A stretch of 64,000 nucleotides of DNA from a virus (IMGVR_UViG_3300014205_000177:96001-160000), one strand, 5' to 3'; shown: positions 26,001-35,364, numbered from the stretch's first letter. Made by a program: numbers and translations. Notes: generated by a model not told the origin, from the letters alone.

Positions 26001-29000
26001 TTGTCTCAGATTTTGTTTTTTGTAATCTATCTTTAGTAACATCTACTGCTGTAATAGGTTGACTTTCTTTTAATATTGGTTTTAAAACCTCTTTAAATAC
26101 TTGTTGACCTTCTGGAGAACTTGGCATTTTTTCTTGTACTTTATAACCAACATCGGCTACTATGGCAGTTTTACCTTCTTTGATTAATCCTATTTCAGCC
26201 ATTGATTGTGCGTCGTTTTTATATAAAGCTTTAGAACTTACAGTTTGAAAATATTTTTCAAACATCTTAATTCTTTGTCTAATGTCTTCTCTAACTGCTT
26301 TTTGTACTTCAGCAATATTTACACTTATATCTCCGTCTTTATATGAAGGACCACTAGTTTCTCCAACTTTTGGTCTAATAGGTGGCACATTAGTAGGAAT
26401 TTCAGGAGTTTCTGCTTCTACTTTTATCTTTTTACCCCTACCATTATTTTTACCACTTAATGAATCTTTGTTATTTAAATTATTAGATTGTTGTTCTACT
26501 TTTAAGGCTGCTAAACGTGAATTAGATGAAGCGTTTTCTGCGTTTGCCGCTTCTAAATCTGAACTAGATGGAAGACTTGTTTCTTCTATGTTTGGTAAAT
26601 TTAATTTTTGGTTATTTACACCTTTACCGCTATCAATAATAAACTTGACTAGACTAATCATATTGTCAGTCACTTTACTCATATTTGATATGCTTTTAGA
26701 AACTATAGTACTAAGATTTAATACTCCTCTTTCTATTTGAAGAAGAACATTCTCTATTTTATTTAATCCAGAAAATTGACCATTAGTTACAGGAGTAGAT
26801 TCACTAATAGCTTCACCTGCTTTTGTCACAGCTTTTTCTTTCATCTTTTTAGCTAATATAGCAGCATCCATTTGACTACTAGGGATTACTTCTTTATCAG
26901 GAATTACTTCTTTATCAGTAATTACTTTTTCGTTATCTAATTCTTCAATCCTTTTGTCAATCTGTTCTTTTCTTTTTTTAATTTGTTTCTTTATACTTAA
27001 CTTTTCTTCTGATGCTATTTTAACTTCTTCTAATTTTTTCTCATCAGGAATAGGTTTTTCTAAATTTTGACGTTCTCCATTATTATGTCTTAAAACTGTC
27101 ATAAAACTATCTGTGTTTTCTTTACTCGAAGAAACCTTATCAAGACTTTCATTATCAAGACCATAATATGAAAATTTTTCTCTTAATGCAGATATTCTTT
27201 TTTCAACAGAATCTCTATTATTAAATTTGTCTTTTTTACCTTCTACTTCCATTCTTTGTAAATTAAGTTCTTCCATTTCTTGTATGGACTCTTTTTCTTT
27301 TTTAGAAAGTAATGAGGCTTCTGTTTTACCGTTTTTACTAAGAGCGTTTTGATATGTCTTTGTTGATTTCAAATTGTTCATTTTCTTCAATATAGAAGCA
27401 TGTGTTATATCTAAAGGTTTTATATCTTGTGGGATATTCCCTAATTCCAATTTCGATTCTTGGTATTCTTTAAGTCCGTTTTCTATGTCATTATAATCTA
27501 ATATTGACATGTTAGAATTACTTGTAATTTTATTAAATTTTTCTAAACCATTCTCGTTACCGAATACATTGTTTAATAAATTTTTCTTACTATTAAGTAA
27601 ATATTGTATATAATTAACTTGTTCTTGTGGATTCTGATGACCTTTAATATTGTCTTGATTAAATGGAGATTCGTATCCTTCTGTTTTCTTCTTTCTTTGT
27701 TTTATAAAATCTTTTATAGTTTCAAATTTTTCTCCATCAGGTCTGTGTAAATTAGCACCAAAAGCTGCAAAATTATCAGCATTTACCCCAGACATAATAT
27801 TATTTTTACCTGAAACAATATCAATCATTCCTTGTAATAAAGCTTCGGGATTTTCTACATTCCCACCTCCAGCAAGTTGTATTAAGCTTTGAGAACTTTC
27901 TATTATTTTAGAAAATGCTTCTATTTCTTTTTTTGGCATACCTTTAGGAGTATTAGCTAGTATTAAATCCTTTATACTGTCCATATTTCCATGCATTTGT
28001 ACTGCACTGTAATTTCTTCCTAAAAGTCTTGTTGAAACACTCATACCTTCTTTCATAAAAGAAGGAAAAACATTTTCATATAAATTATCTAAAGAACCTT
28101 TTTTAGATTCAAGTTTTGCTATATCTTTAGATACTTTTAATCTTTCACTAGATGCTGGTAAAGTCTTTTTAAATAATTTTTCTTTTTCTTTAATTTGACT
28201 AACTATCTTTTTATATTCTGGGTCATATTTTTTAGCTGTTTGCAATATCCCCTTTAATACACTATCTGTATCATTACTAGATGAAGAGATTATATTTAAT
28301 GATTCATTTAATGTTTTTGATTCTTCTTCTGTAATGTTTCCACCACGAAATTCATAATCTTGTACTAATTGATAAACAGTTTTAAGAGCATTATAAGAAT
28401 ATTTAGTTTTTGCTTCTATATCTTTATCTATTGTGTTGCCCTTTTTATCTAAATTTTTATTATAAGCTTCAAAATCCTTTATAATATTTTCATTAACTTT
28501 GAATTTACCTAAAGAACCAAAATCTTTTTTCTCTAAATCTAAACCACTAAGAACTATTCCTACATCTCCAAGTTTTTCAACTCCACTTCCAATATTTGGG
28601 GATATTTTATTCTTTAAGAAATCTGCTAAAACACTTATATTATCTCCTGATTCTACATATTTAGTATCTTTTATATCAAACTTTTTATTTCCATATTTTA
28701 CTATTCCATCTTTACTCATTATTTCTTCATGAGCTTTTTCAAGTGCATTACCCTTGCCGAACAGTCTACCTGCTAATTCTTGAGCACCTGCATTGTTTTT
28801 TGCTTCTTTATATGCTGATTCTATTTCCATATGAGATGAAAGTTTATCCTGATAATTTTTATCATTTAAAAATTCTTTCGTTCCAAATTCTGGTCTTAAT
28901 TTACTACCAATTCCATCTTCTATAGCTTTAATTACTCCTTCTGGTGAGTAATCTTCGTTACCTTTTAAATATCTTGATATATCTTTTTCTTGTGAAACTT

Positions 29001-32000
29001 TTTCATTTTCATCAGAATATCCAATCTTATCAACAAGAAATTTTACTATAGAGTTTTTAATCTCTCTACCAGATAATGAAAACTGTGCTTTTTTTGTTCC
29101 TATATCATTATCAAAATATTTATTAGAATGATTGCTAATTGATGAAAGATTTTGAGGATTAAAAAGAACCGATTCTGTTGCAGGAATAGGAAATTTTGAA
29201 TCTCTCCCTATTGATTCAAATTGATTCTTTTTAGTAGTAGAAATATCACCAATCATTCCTATTAAATTTTCTACAGCAAGACCAATAGGTGAAGAATCTG
29301 TATATCCTGCAAACATACTTGAAGTAGCACCTGAAGCTAAACCCATTACTTCTGGTGAATATTTATGGTCTGGACTGTCTCCTCCGGCTAATTTTCTAAA
29401 TGCTGTTTCACCAGAAAGGTTTAAATTAGACTTAGCTAATAAATTTTCTATAATAGAAATAAGTTTTAAATATTCTTTATTCTCTGAAATATTACTTTTT
29501 CTAACCAATGAACCTGGTTCTATTCTATCATGATATTGATTTAAAATTTCTTGACCAGAAGCAATAGTTTCTGGAGTTATTACTGATTCTTTATCAAATA
29601 AACCTCCCCAGTTACCGTTTTTGGGACCAGTAATTGTTTCATAATTACCAATATTTGAGTTTTTTCTTACTCTCTTATTAACTGCTGTGCTTAAATTTCT
29701 ACCCATTGCTTCAAGCATTGGACCAGGAACTGATACATCTTTTTCATGCTCTTGTCCATCTTCAGTTTCCCATGTTTTTATTTTATAATTAGAAAATCCT
29801 ACTGAGTTCTGAATAAATTGAGTAATATCATTACTATGTTCTCTAACACTTTCTCTTGATTGTCTAATCAAATTTTGAGCAATATTTTTCTCATGAACAG
29901 CATTCATTCTATCCTTACTTTCCAATCCTTCATTTATTTCACTTTTAGCTATTTCTCTTGTTTTTGCATATCTTGCTATTTCCTGTTCACTCATACCAGG
30001 GAATTTCATTCCTAATGTTTTTAAAGCTTCTTTTCTTTGAGATATTGAATCTTTGTAAAATTCATTATTACCAAGATGTTCTTCTTCCAAATTATAAATA
30101 TCTTTATAAATAGGAGTTTTCTCTTGTTCACTTTTCACATCCTTTAATTTTGCAAATAATTCTTTTCTTTTTTTAATAAATTCATCAAAAGAAGATACTT
30201 CAGATTTTGCGTCGGCGTATGTTGTTATTTCTTTTACAGAATTAAGAACTGAATCATCTCCAAATAATATATTTGCCCCTGATTGCATTGATGGGACTGC
30301 TTCTGGATGTTCTTTATGTAAACCATGTGTTAACTTTCTTATCAAAGGATGTATTTTAGATTCAGATTCTTTTAATTGTTTTTTAAGTTTATCTTGTTGT
30401 CTTTTTGAACTATTTTCTGGTTTAGATAATGAAGATTTAATATTATCATAATCAACTAAATTTTGTTGTATACTAGAGTATTCTGAATTTTCTGTATTAA
30501 CTCCATTTTTGTAATCTTCTATAGAATTAACTAATCCAGTCAATCCTTTAAAGTCAGCTAGTGTCAACCCATAACCACTAAGCATCGCAGATTTTTTACT
30601 ACTCTTAACTGTCATGCTTGAAGTGTGAAATAAATCAGGAAATAAACCTTTATTAACATTATCTGAAAGTACTGCTCCTTTTAATGAAGCTCTTTGTATA
30701 TTAGAATTTTTAATAGCAATTAAATATTCAATTAACTTATCTATATTAGATTCATTAACCATCTCATTTAATACTTTTTTATTAAGTTTATTTTTATTAA
30801 TATCTTGAATTAAACTTCTTAATAAATTAACTTTTTCTTCTTTATTTCCTGATACATCTTTTAATGAACCAGAAGTGTTATCATCTCCTACTAATCCTAC
30901 AATTGAAGTTTTCCATATTTCTGATATTGCATTTTTATTTTTAGAATCTGAACTCAAACCTTTTATCTTTGAAAAATTAGATAACGCACTTAATCCTTCA
31001 GAAATTTGACCTGATTGAACATAACTTAAACCCATATCTTCCATAATTTTATTTATATTCGAACTTGTTCTTTGAGTTCCACCTTTTCTTAATGCTATAG
31101 ACTCTCTTCCTACATTTCTTAACTCATCAGATGATTTGTCTGAAAGAGATTTATTACCTGAAAAACCTCCTCTATAATTATTTGTAATAATAGACATTGG
31201 TCCATTTTCAGTATTTAACATTTCTAATAACATAGCAGTAGATGGTGATGAAGATTTTTTATTAAATTCATTATCTTGATTAAATGCTCTCCATGACTCT
31301 TCTATAATTTTAATTTTTTGAGGTTCTGAAAGAGTTACACCGTTTCTATCTTTTATATTATTATTTTTGAAATAATCCATTACTATCTTGCGATATTCTG
31401 ACTTCATTTTTTCTATATTTTTTTGACTAGTATCTGAGCCTTGTTGACTATTAATTATATCATTAAAATGTTCTTCCATGCTATCTTGAGAAGATGCTTT
31501 TAAATCAAAAAATCCAATCTTTATATTATTATGTTTTTTACCTTCTGAAACTTTTAATTTTTTATTTAAATAATCATCAATATTTTTATCAGTAGCACCA
31601 TAGTCTTTAAAAAGCTTTCTTTGTTCTTTTGTTATTTTTTTAGTTTCTAATACCTTTTCATATTCTTTTCTTAACTCTATTGGCATTCCATCATCAACAG
31701 CAACTTCATTTATAGCATTTTCATTAAATTCTGAATCCGATGCTTTTTCTTTAAAATTACCCATTTTAGCTTGTCTTATATATGCTCTTAAATTTTTAAA
31801 TGCTTCTGGAGCACCTTGTTTGCCTCTAGTAACAACAGGATTTGAACTACTTACATTTAAAGAATGGAGAGCCATCCCTATTTCGTTATTAACATCAGCT
31901 TGAACTGCTAAAGAATGTTCTGATAAAGGCTTTTGTACTTGTTTCATAGAATCTGTTTTTTCATCATACACTCTAGTTGATATTGGCATTCTACCAATAT

Positions 32001-33795
32001 GCTTAGAAATATAACTTTGTTCATCTTCTCCTTCTTTACGTTCATCCCATTTAAATCTTTTACCAAACAATTCTTTCATTACTGATGTTTGTGATGGGAA
32101 AAATTGTTTTTCTAGATACCTTGAAGAAGAAGCAGCATTTAAAGCTCCCTTTTGGAAATCTCTATTTATCAACCTCTTATCTGAACCAAAGCTTCCAAAA
32201 GACATAGGAGATGAATTGCTAAAATATTGACTGACACTAGCTCTAATCATTTTTGCATAATTTTGTATAGCACGTTCAGATTGAATACCTTGAGATTCTA
32301 TGAATTTTAATATTCCAGACCTCAAAGACTCTTGTTTTTTAGATAAGTTTTTATCTTCTATATTAAGTGCTTTATCAATATCTGATGATACATTAGAAAA
32401 ATCTTTAGATTTTATTAAAATATTAGATACTAAAGAAGATGCTAAATTAGCGGAACCACGAGCACCCATTCCATATGATTCAATATTGCTTGATAACTCA
32501 TTTTTTAAATTGTTTTTTGAATTTTTATCAAGCTTTAATCCACTTTTTTTAACTTCAATTAATGATGCTATTTGAGTTGCAATTTCATTAATATTTATAT
32601 TTGCAGTTTTTGGTTCTTTTTGTGCTAAATTTTCTAAACCAGTACCTTTATAGGCTGCTCTTGTATGAACATTTTCATGAACTCCAACTAAAAGTTCGCC
32701 TTCTTGGGAAAGACCTGGCTTTATATAAATGTTTGAATTTTGTCCAGAGTGTTCTACTCTACCAACTTCATTTTCTGAAAATTTTCCTCCATTAATGACT
32801 TTTACATTTCTTCCTGTTTGCCTAGATGTTTCTTCTGAAAAGTCTTTTATGTAAGAAGTATATTTTCTTGAACTTTGCACAGAATTGTTATTATTCATTC
32901 TCATACTACTAGTAGCAACTGGAGGAGCATGTGTCCTGTGTTCTTTTTCCCCAGAATCTGTAGATACTGGATTTTCTGATGTATTTACTGGTGTTATTTT
33001 ATCTTTTTTAACTTTATTAGTTTGTATTACTCTTTCTGAGGAAACAGTACCTACCATTTGAGCATATTCGTTTAATTTTTTCTTCAATTTTTTATCTTGT
33101 TCTAAAAACTTATTTAAAATACTATCAGATGCACTAAAATCAGGACCAGCTACTGGTGATACTGAACTTCCAGATTTTTGTGTTTTTTGTTGGGTGTTTG
33201 ATTCTCCAGATGCAAATTTTTCAAAAACTTTAAGTCTATTATTGATAGATTCAATATTTGATGAAGAATTATTATTTAAAGCTACTTGTTCTGATAATTT
33301 ATTAATGGCAGTCATAACGGCTACTTGTTGCTGAGAAATAGCAACCATTTCGGCTCTTGAATCTGGGATATTAGTAACAGCTTGAGTTATTTTGCTTAGT
33401 TCAGGTTTTAAATTACTATTTGCGATATTAATTTTCATTGATTCGGCAATGTCTTTAATCGGGAATGATTCTGGACTTTGTGATTTTAATCCATTATTCA
33501 TTTCATTAAATGATGTGATTGTACTTTTCATACTATGAATTGCATTTGACATTTCTTCAAAATTTATAGAACTAAATTTCTTTTCTAATTTTGAACTTTC
33601 TGTAAACATTTTTTCAGCAGCTTTTAGGCGTGAATTTATTTGATTAAGGATACTATTTTCTCCAGAATCACTTAATTTACTTTCTAATGTAGTAACCTTA
33701 TCTATGAAATCTGATGTATTACCCTGGTCTACTTCAAGACCAAGTTTTATTAACCAGTTTTCCTGTTGCATTCCACCACTTTTATCTTCTGCCAT
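17032..33795 (-). CDS. Giant tail tape measure protein (5587 aa) with TP901-type core and two HExxH zincin-like domains
   Basis: Core segment YETALVNVNKV..EATEALTAATRQF..GNSLGNSFKYI..IAGARRYN; follows the tail chaperones; HENVH and HEVNH motifs. Confidence 0.9.
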   Translation of the reverse strand: MAEDKSGGMQQENWLIKLGLEVDQGNTSDFIDKVTTLESKLSDSGENSILNQINSRLKAAEKMFTESSKLEKKFSSINFEEMSNAIHSMKSTITSFNEMNNGLKSQSPESFPIKDIAESMKINIANSNLKPELSKITQAVTNIPDSRAEMVAISQQQVAVMTAINKLSEQVALNNNSSSNIESINNRLKVFEKFASGESNTQQKTQKSGSSVSPVAGPDFSASDSILNKFLEQDKKLKKKLNEYAQMVGTVSSERVIQTNKVKKDKITPVNTSENPVSTDSGEKEHRTHAPPVATSSMRMNNNNSVQSSRKYTSYIKDFSEETSRQTGRNVKVINGGKFSENEVGRVEHSGQNSNIYIKPGLSQEGELLVGVHENVHTRAAYKGTGLENLAQKEPKTANININEIATQIASLIEVKKSGLKLDKNSKNNLKNELSSNIESYGMGARGSANLASSLVSNILIKSKDFSNVSSDIDKALNIEDKNLSKKQESLRSGILKFIESQGIQSERAIQNYAKMIRASVSQYFSNSSPMSFGSFGSDKRLINRDFQKGALNAASSSRYLEKQFFPSQTSVMKELFGKRFKWDERKEGEDEQSYISKHIGRMPISTRVYDEKTDSMKQVQKPLSEHSLAVQADVNNEIGMALHSLNVSSSNPVVTRGKQGAPEAFKNLRAYIRQAKMGNFKEKASDSEFNENAINEVAVDDGMPIELRKEYEKVLETKKITKEQRKLFKDYGATDKNIDDYLNKKLKVSEGKKHNNIKIGFFDLKASSQDSMEEHFNDIINSQQGSDTSQKNIEKMKSEYRKIVMDYFKNNNIKDRNGVTLSEPQKIKIIEESWRAFNQDNEFNKKSSSPSTAMLLEMLNTENGPMSIITNNYRGGFSGNKSLSDKSSDELRNVGRESIALRKGGTQRTSSNINKIMEDMGLSYVQSGQISEGLSALSNFSKIKGLSSDSKNKNAISEIWKTSIVGLVGDDNTSGSLKDVSGNKEEKVNLLRSLIQDINKNKLNKKVLNEMVNESNIDKLIEYLIAIKNSNIQRASLKGAVLSDNVNKGLFPDLFHTSSMTVKSSKKSAMLSGYGLTLADFKGLTGLVNSIEDYKNGVNTENSEYSSIQQNLVDYDNIKSSLSKPENSSKRQQDKLKKQLKESESKIHPLIRKLTHGLHKEHPEAVPSMQSGANILFGDDSVLNSVKEITTYADAKSEVSSFDEFIKKRKELFAKLKDVKSEQEKTPIYKDIYNLEEEHLGNNEFYKDSISQRKEALKTLGMKFPGMSEQEIARYAKTREIAKSEINEGLESKDRMNAVHEKNIAQNLIRQSRESVREHSNDITQFIQNSVGFSNYKIKTWETEDGQEHEKDVSVPGPMLEAMGRNLSTAVNKRVRKNSNIGNYETITGPKNGNWGGLFDKESVITPETIASGQEILNQYHDRIEPGSLVRKSNISENKEYLKLISIIENLLAKSNLNLSGETAFRKLAGGDSPDHKYSPEVMGLASGATSSMFAGYTDSSPIGLAVENLIGMIGDISTTKKNQFESIGRDSKFPIPATESVLFNPQNLSSISNHSNKYFDNDIGTKKAQFSLSGREIKNSIVKFLVDKIGYSDENEKVSQEKDISRYLKGNEDYSPEGVIKAIEDGIGSKLRPEFGTKEFLNDKNYQDKLSSHMEIESAYKEAKNNAGAQELAGRLFGKGNALEKAHEEIMSKDGIVKYGNKKFDIKDTKYVESGDNISVLADFLKNKISPNIGSGVEKLGDVGIVLSGLDLEKKDFGSLGKFKVNENIIKDFEAYNKNLDKKGNTIDKDIEAKTKYSYNALKTVYQLVQDYEFRGGNITEEESKTLNESLNIISSSSNDTDSVLKGILQTAKKYDPEYKKIVSQIKEKEKLFKKTLPASSERLKVSKDIAKLESKKGSLDNLYENVFPSFMKEGMSVSTRLLGRNYSAVQMHGNMDSIKDLILANTPKGMPKKEIEAFSKIIESSQSLIQLAGGGNVENPEALLQGMIDIVSGKNNIMSGVNADNFAAFGANLHRPDGEKFETIKDFIKQRKKKTEGYESPFNQDNIKGHQNPQEQVNYIQYLLNSKKNLLNNVFGNENGLEKFNKITSNSNMSILDYNDIENGLKEYQESKLELGNIPQDIKPLDITHASILKKMNNLKSTKTYQNALSKNGKTEASLLSKKEKESIQEMEELNLQRMEVEGKKDKFNNRDSVEKRISALREKFSYYGLDNESLDKVSSSKENTDSFMTVLRHNNGERQNLEKPIPDEKKLEEVKIASEEKLSIKKQIKKRKEQIDKRIEELDNEKVITDKEVIPDKEVIPSSQMDAAILAKKMKEKAVTKAGEAISESTPVTNGQFSGLNKIENVLLQIERGVLNLSTIVSKSISNMSKVTDNMISLVKFIIDSGKGVNNQKLNLPNIEETSLPSSSDLEAANAENASSNSRLAALKVEQQSNNLNNKDSLSGKNNGRGKKIKVEAETPEIPTNVPPIRPKVGETSGPSYKDGDISVNIAEVQKAVREDIRQRIKMFEKYFQTVSSKALYKNDAQSMAEIGLIKEGKTAIVADVGYKVQEKMPSSPEGQQVFKEVLKPILKESQPITAVDVTKDRLQKTKSETNEEYSKRLLTYALTMSVEKDSRREAIMKNIVSKINKKEEEKLSLSDAEEIKIVNPKKVKKNGEFETETVKISAYEATVRDLRDAPGTSNPEHIASVTKGVLLSHIENENKKRTAKNLPKIESFPAAALMSSTQASKISKEYDSTMSKNYRQEQSQGKLVNSVINRVVLYGGLSYAFYGMTNKIAEATKVMASYETALVNVNKVMDPMMTSTERLSDSAKKMSSIYGTNIIEVVDSMAVFAQQGKSTSDVITLTNASLLASNVAGFKATEATEALTAATRQFGIEDSKTLSIIDSWTEVGARTAVTSKNLSDAVKQAGTSARVSGMSFHEFNGIVSAVGSATRDTGNSLGNSFKYILSHLRVEESITALQNLGVAVYNVDGGFRDSFTIMQDLASKWTTLSTVQKENAAVTIAGARRYNTMMVLMDQWDEVLQAAKMSEDSTGSAMQKNMLIMDTYAKKVEVMKASVDSFYAKVGESGGKSILTYFSNTLTNIFGILNSMPSGIAGLAAVGGTVFGAGTAIARTISYSGADRWINHKTEESRIAKITAKEVSSYLKKDYTGKTRALYNPAMYDYQYNKLQKMESSDENEIIKKIMVSHYGEKGVSRFSEEERKTVEGKVRTQFNSQIDKTTQNAIIQKEPGQIPIKISEFVKQNMVAMMAAGVGLKVFAQTFEDKESISGRSLTGDTLNTLGSGAAIAPMALMAGQKVSNMVGGKGGKFAGGAVGLTIAGLTMASDIKDLINNISEYWSGSDRKTVAMIEKESSKIKSITSSISTYEKLTGKQEKGEILTTLENSNLKNATSILMRANPESVVFKNGFPSLSEEFVSKMSQEGEIREKRKDELRMNLAYKKAFMTDGGIFGKTAISSISENLAEERDRAKELTDTRKILVGKMDSSTSESNKVYYQSKIYNLDAALDEVYGRMEEAKTKAEKVFEPFIDLFNETGRQISSDARERGSRVFNNDTVDERFVKTRESYIKTFGKDKYVETSFNAIKDTAESGRSLNPHKDALQMAKDTNKMFLLLNDGYQKVGDNVKKFKIVVQDVYTNQQKTIGFDTERGLNKTQVLKRAKEEIKKQFGGIYDDKKEFILSTTEISDEMFDLPMTSVKQFATTAKSSFQEIINDYTRLERKIFKPLDFQKMSILTPKDSDSELDSRFASFNDFGSNYSKLMGDTSTFDIKDYKKLSNEESNRDYFAEINSRLAEISNNENSGIAGLMENSIYMSKFKSGFDIKAIKMVNTLVNQESRKKMSAAELSSLGEESPENLTSAELMKKELNDLFKGTGVSVEHLISKYGDDPEKLRKELTKFTNIGKERYSKSSGISDSEKENEKKIIDLVSKTAGVQTSTRESLGFYKEKRKREILLKTGDYTESDAAMVDSEVITKSAEITKNIFSSVKKIKEKAISDFSKAIESDQVEVDNNKFKRDNKLTSETERKSLSDIIVSQEKSINESKSRQKAYIDLLNMLEENTAKINPVDENTSLIIRNSKSKAIREASKGNLLGGYTGSEENNLLINLAQIKNLEAAKKIEDDKIAGIKAKGEDITPLEKIMLRQAEINSKSFSDALSPILNNTKEINNKVGDMRAQREQTQRKLATEFFVNKMMGSERTLSSQVELSKGGLSDAFELSKRITNALEENSFYGKGGMSQEFFSLMKEFGDTEKEIGKSGDPGYMKNWLLASPQEQAIASFIESQKESGISLQEIFSDTGMKEYAKDHSLIGSLMDKMVRQEESSKLVESQSKLSNILLHLANIAERLVSKVGKESETGKNLDSGAKNAISSANSLNNPYLSGVIKAQKIWKESKKGNTSADVITPAESREINYNVISRVAPTSERVENNSNSSRSNALGLATLGIPLAVMPKQTFANIGKSIKKFFTPNDMYKGKIGERTSSVAESVFGHIPEIKLQKNMQEDANGTFNSLTKEINIRRGLSSKESVRYANHEVNHSIMDYLSNRNNKKFRYIGDTVVDELSTSAAAHALDNKYSKGRINLDSYFTPVSKSGSGKLHKNIYKSIDYALESSGNSPHARIKTISDIMGGKNGYGPLAKIIGENFTFKEGGELIGEKLPKVSKTLKDYADEIEIRQEPPTPVSRKRKLDEESRKIRNRRKPKEKIEEPVRVETSGERSRRIARERMSNKGIPFEPAVKPSFGDNFQKTGSSFISGMAAYYYGKDAAEDFKKGDSKSIISGIGKSAVSGSFLYEALSKSPKSSIATAAASIMYAGSSAYNNFAKTNNYKDIPMALGDTAVESLPLLAFNSKIRGWGGKLASYAGDKTGITKLATPYISKAIEKSPSWMKSPMKLARGINKIGAMNPKGSLIGMGLSMTAPLTSYAAERITGREDIGDAVGMASHLAFLGLDPSMAIMSGGINATQDMLGSEGYFRSKKHDIDGFSQKENENYKKSVGLTDWEYNSRNNGISRYINKSGMLKGGGIVSEILDRSATAISQADKYLTGGYVSKRLGSKANQIEKKEEQNNIYNMVKTHKNTTNDPSKRDSLIHYDGENKRREREIDKNSIAKVMDLAKSMGATEELPQDTQASILQESSMYKGKGKTLEERSNIFRIFRERILEAKRESLKREYESKNNKASLALRVISPIAAISHLWSDEKKDEIAPNKANFAIKKAIDLAKRTGIENDNKQIETLLSDKNVNSEYNNQLDKKFNDKKAGLEKDASTSKKSYRDYFNSIIDDGTEPSEESYNNPSELSRKVTSEEYSKLMEKHRKMKDDEDKVKELTPESFKSGIDNKTKLTELQKIKYKVDEKNNNDKLTPSINSDNKYKNTDYLRIMSNKELVKDKVKDKKENKHSKKRPSGIYLGEELVYEKNMFGQDELSVVEKRWDEKAYDKKIKEKAITKYTSKEQSRDELIDAIINGKEEYRDIDPGFSDGSHEKMYGNTKMYSYDYNRNKFDTEEESMKESADKFKEQNSSTNTKSEVSGSVSVDASGLQDAFTESFGSPLAKLIVEMLMPQISKIIEQGAGNAMAGVKVDSAKYNMNK

Positions 33796-33800
33796 AACCT

Positions 33801-34694
33801 TTACACCCTAACTTTGTATGGAGTATTTATGTTTACATTTTCTCCGTTATTTTTTTCACCACCAGAACTATTCATTTTGTTTATTTTTCTTATCCAATCA
33901 AATAGTTTTTCATCATCGTTCAAAACCTCGTCAGGAGGTGGATTTTTATATTCAAATATATTATCATAAAAATCAGTCCAATAACACAAATTTATTTTAT
34001 TTTTATCCCAAGAAGAACTGCTTCCTTCAAAAACAGGAGTACCTGTTTTTTTAGATGCATTCCATCTCTTTCTCCATCCATTGTTCCTTGCAACTGCTCT
34101 TATTTTTATAACTGGTATTCCCATTAAAAGATTTATAAAATTCTTTTTTGATTCTGTTATTAATTTTATATTATCTTCTTTACAGAAATCAGAATATGAA
34201 TTCCAATATTTAGTATTTAATTCTAATCCACATAATAAACATTGAGATAGTATATAATTAGTTTTACAATCTTCTACTAAATACTCTATTGTATTAGTCA
34301 TCATAGAAGCTTCTTTATTTTCCATAATTCTTAATTGATTAAAATAATTTTCTATTTGAGAATTTATTTGATTAATTTGAAATTCAGAATTTGTTATTCT
34401 TTTAGTTTCATTTAAAGAACTTATTTGTTTTTCCAAGAAATCCATAATATTATAAAAATTATTACTTAATATACATTTTTTAATAAGTAAATCTTTCATT
34501 TGTTCTCTTGTTGGAATGCATTTTTTTTCTAATTCTTTCTTTTTCCTCCAAGATATTATCCTTGAATTATCTATTTCTAGTGTTGTTGGATGTCTTACGG
34601 CAAAGACGTTATCCATATAAATAAAAATCTTCTTGCCTACTATTATTTCAGCAAGAAGTTCTTCTAATTCATTATCTGTAAGTTTAAGGAACAT
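33801..34694 (-). CDS. Putative tail assembly chaperone (second, T-like)
   Basis: 297 aa directly upstream of the tape measure; C-terminal PPDEVLNDDEKLFDW motif. Confidence 0.55.
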   Translation of the reverse strand: MFLKLTDNELEELLAEIIVGKKIFIYMDNVFAVRHPTTLEIDNSRIISWRKKKELEKKCIPTREQMKDLLIKKCILSNNFYNIMDFLEKQISSLNETKRITNSEFQINQINSQIENYFNQLRIMENKEASMMTNTIEYLVEDCKTNYILSQCLLCGLELNTKYWNSYSDFCKEDNIKLITESKKNFINLLMGIPVIKIRAVARNNGWRKRWNASKKTGTPVFEGSSSSWDKNKINLCYWTDFYDNIFEYKNPPPDEVLNDDEKLFDWIRKINKMNSSGGEKNNGENVNINTPYKVRV

Positions 34695-34695
34695 A

Positions 34696-35364
34696 TTACC
34701 CCTTTTTTTCAGTACTTACAGCAGTCTCCGTTTTCAATGGCTCTTCTTTTATAACAACTTCTTCTTTTTTTTCTGGTTTTTCAGATACTTTATTTTCTGG
34801 CAATTGCTCAATAAAATCAGATGGTAAACCATTAGTGAAGGTCATATATTCATAAGTAGCCCTAAAAACAATATTTCCATCAGTTTCATTCATAAAATCT
34901 TCGATATTTCTCCATACTTTTGCTCCATTTTTTGCAAACTCAGTAACCTGAGAAACTATAGAATCACGTTGAGCATTAGAAGCTTTAGCCTCTGCTGAAT
35001 GAGCAAGGAGTCTTGACCTCTCTTGACGCATCTCAAAAAGTTTTGCTCTTGCATCCTTTAATCTATCTGCAACTTCTTGTTTGTTTTCACTTGGAGTGTT
35101 TTCTAATTCTTCTTCTAAAGAAGATACAAGTTCACCCTGCTCTTCTCTCTGTAGGTCTTTTTCTTCACTTAAAATACCCCTTTTACGAAGAGCACTTTCA
35201 AGTGTTTCTTGAGGCAAAAGTCCTGCAATAACAGAATTTGTAAAAGCTCTTGAATATTCCATATCAGAAATTTCAATTTCTTGATTATTAGGTCTTCTGG
35301 TAGAGATTTTTACTGATTCACCGTTTTGTTTTACTACATCAAAAACTCTTTTTTCAATATTCAT
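34696..35364 (-). CDS. Putative tail assembly chaperone (first, G-like)
   Basis: 222 aa, coiled-coil, between tail tube and tape measure. Confidence 0.55.
   Translation of the reverse strand: MNIEKRVFDVVKQNGESVKISTRRPNNQEIEISDMEYSRAFTNSVIAGLLPQETLESALRKRGILSEEKDLQREEQGELVSSLEEELENTPSENKQEVADRLKDARAKLFEMRQERSRLLAHSAEAKASNAQRDSIVSQVTEFAKNGAKVWRNIEDFMNETDGNIVFRATYEYMTFTNGLPSDFIEQLPENKVSEKPEKKEEVVIKEEPLKTETAVSTEKKG

Noticed and set aside
26885-26930. 18-bp tandem repeat in the tape measure gene (VITDKE VIPDKE VIP)
   Set aside because: Short in-frame duplication in a low-complexity linker; no sign of a separate function.
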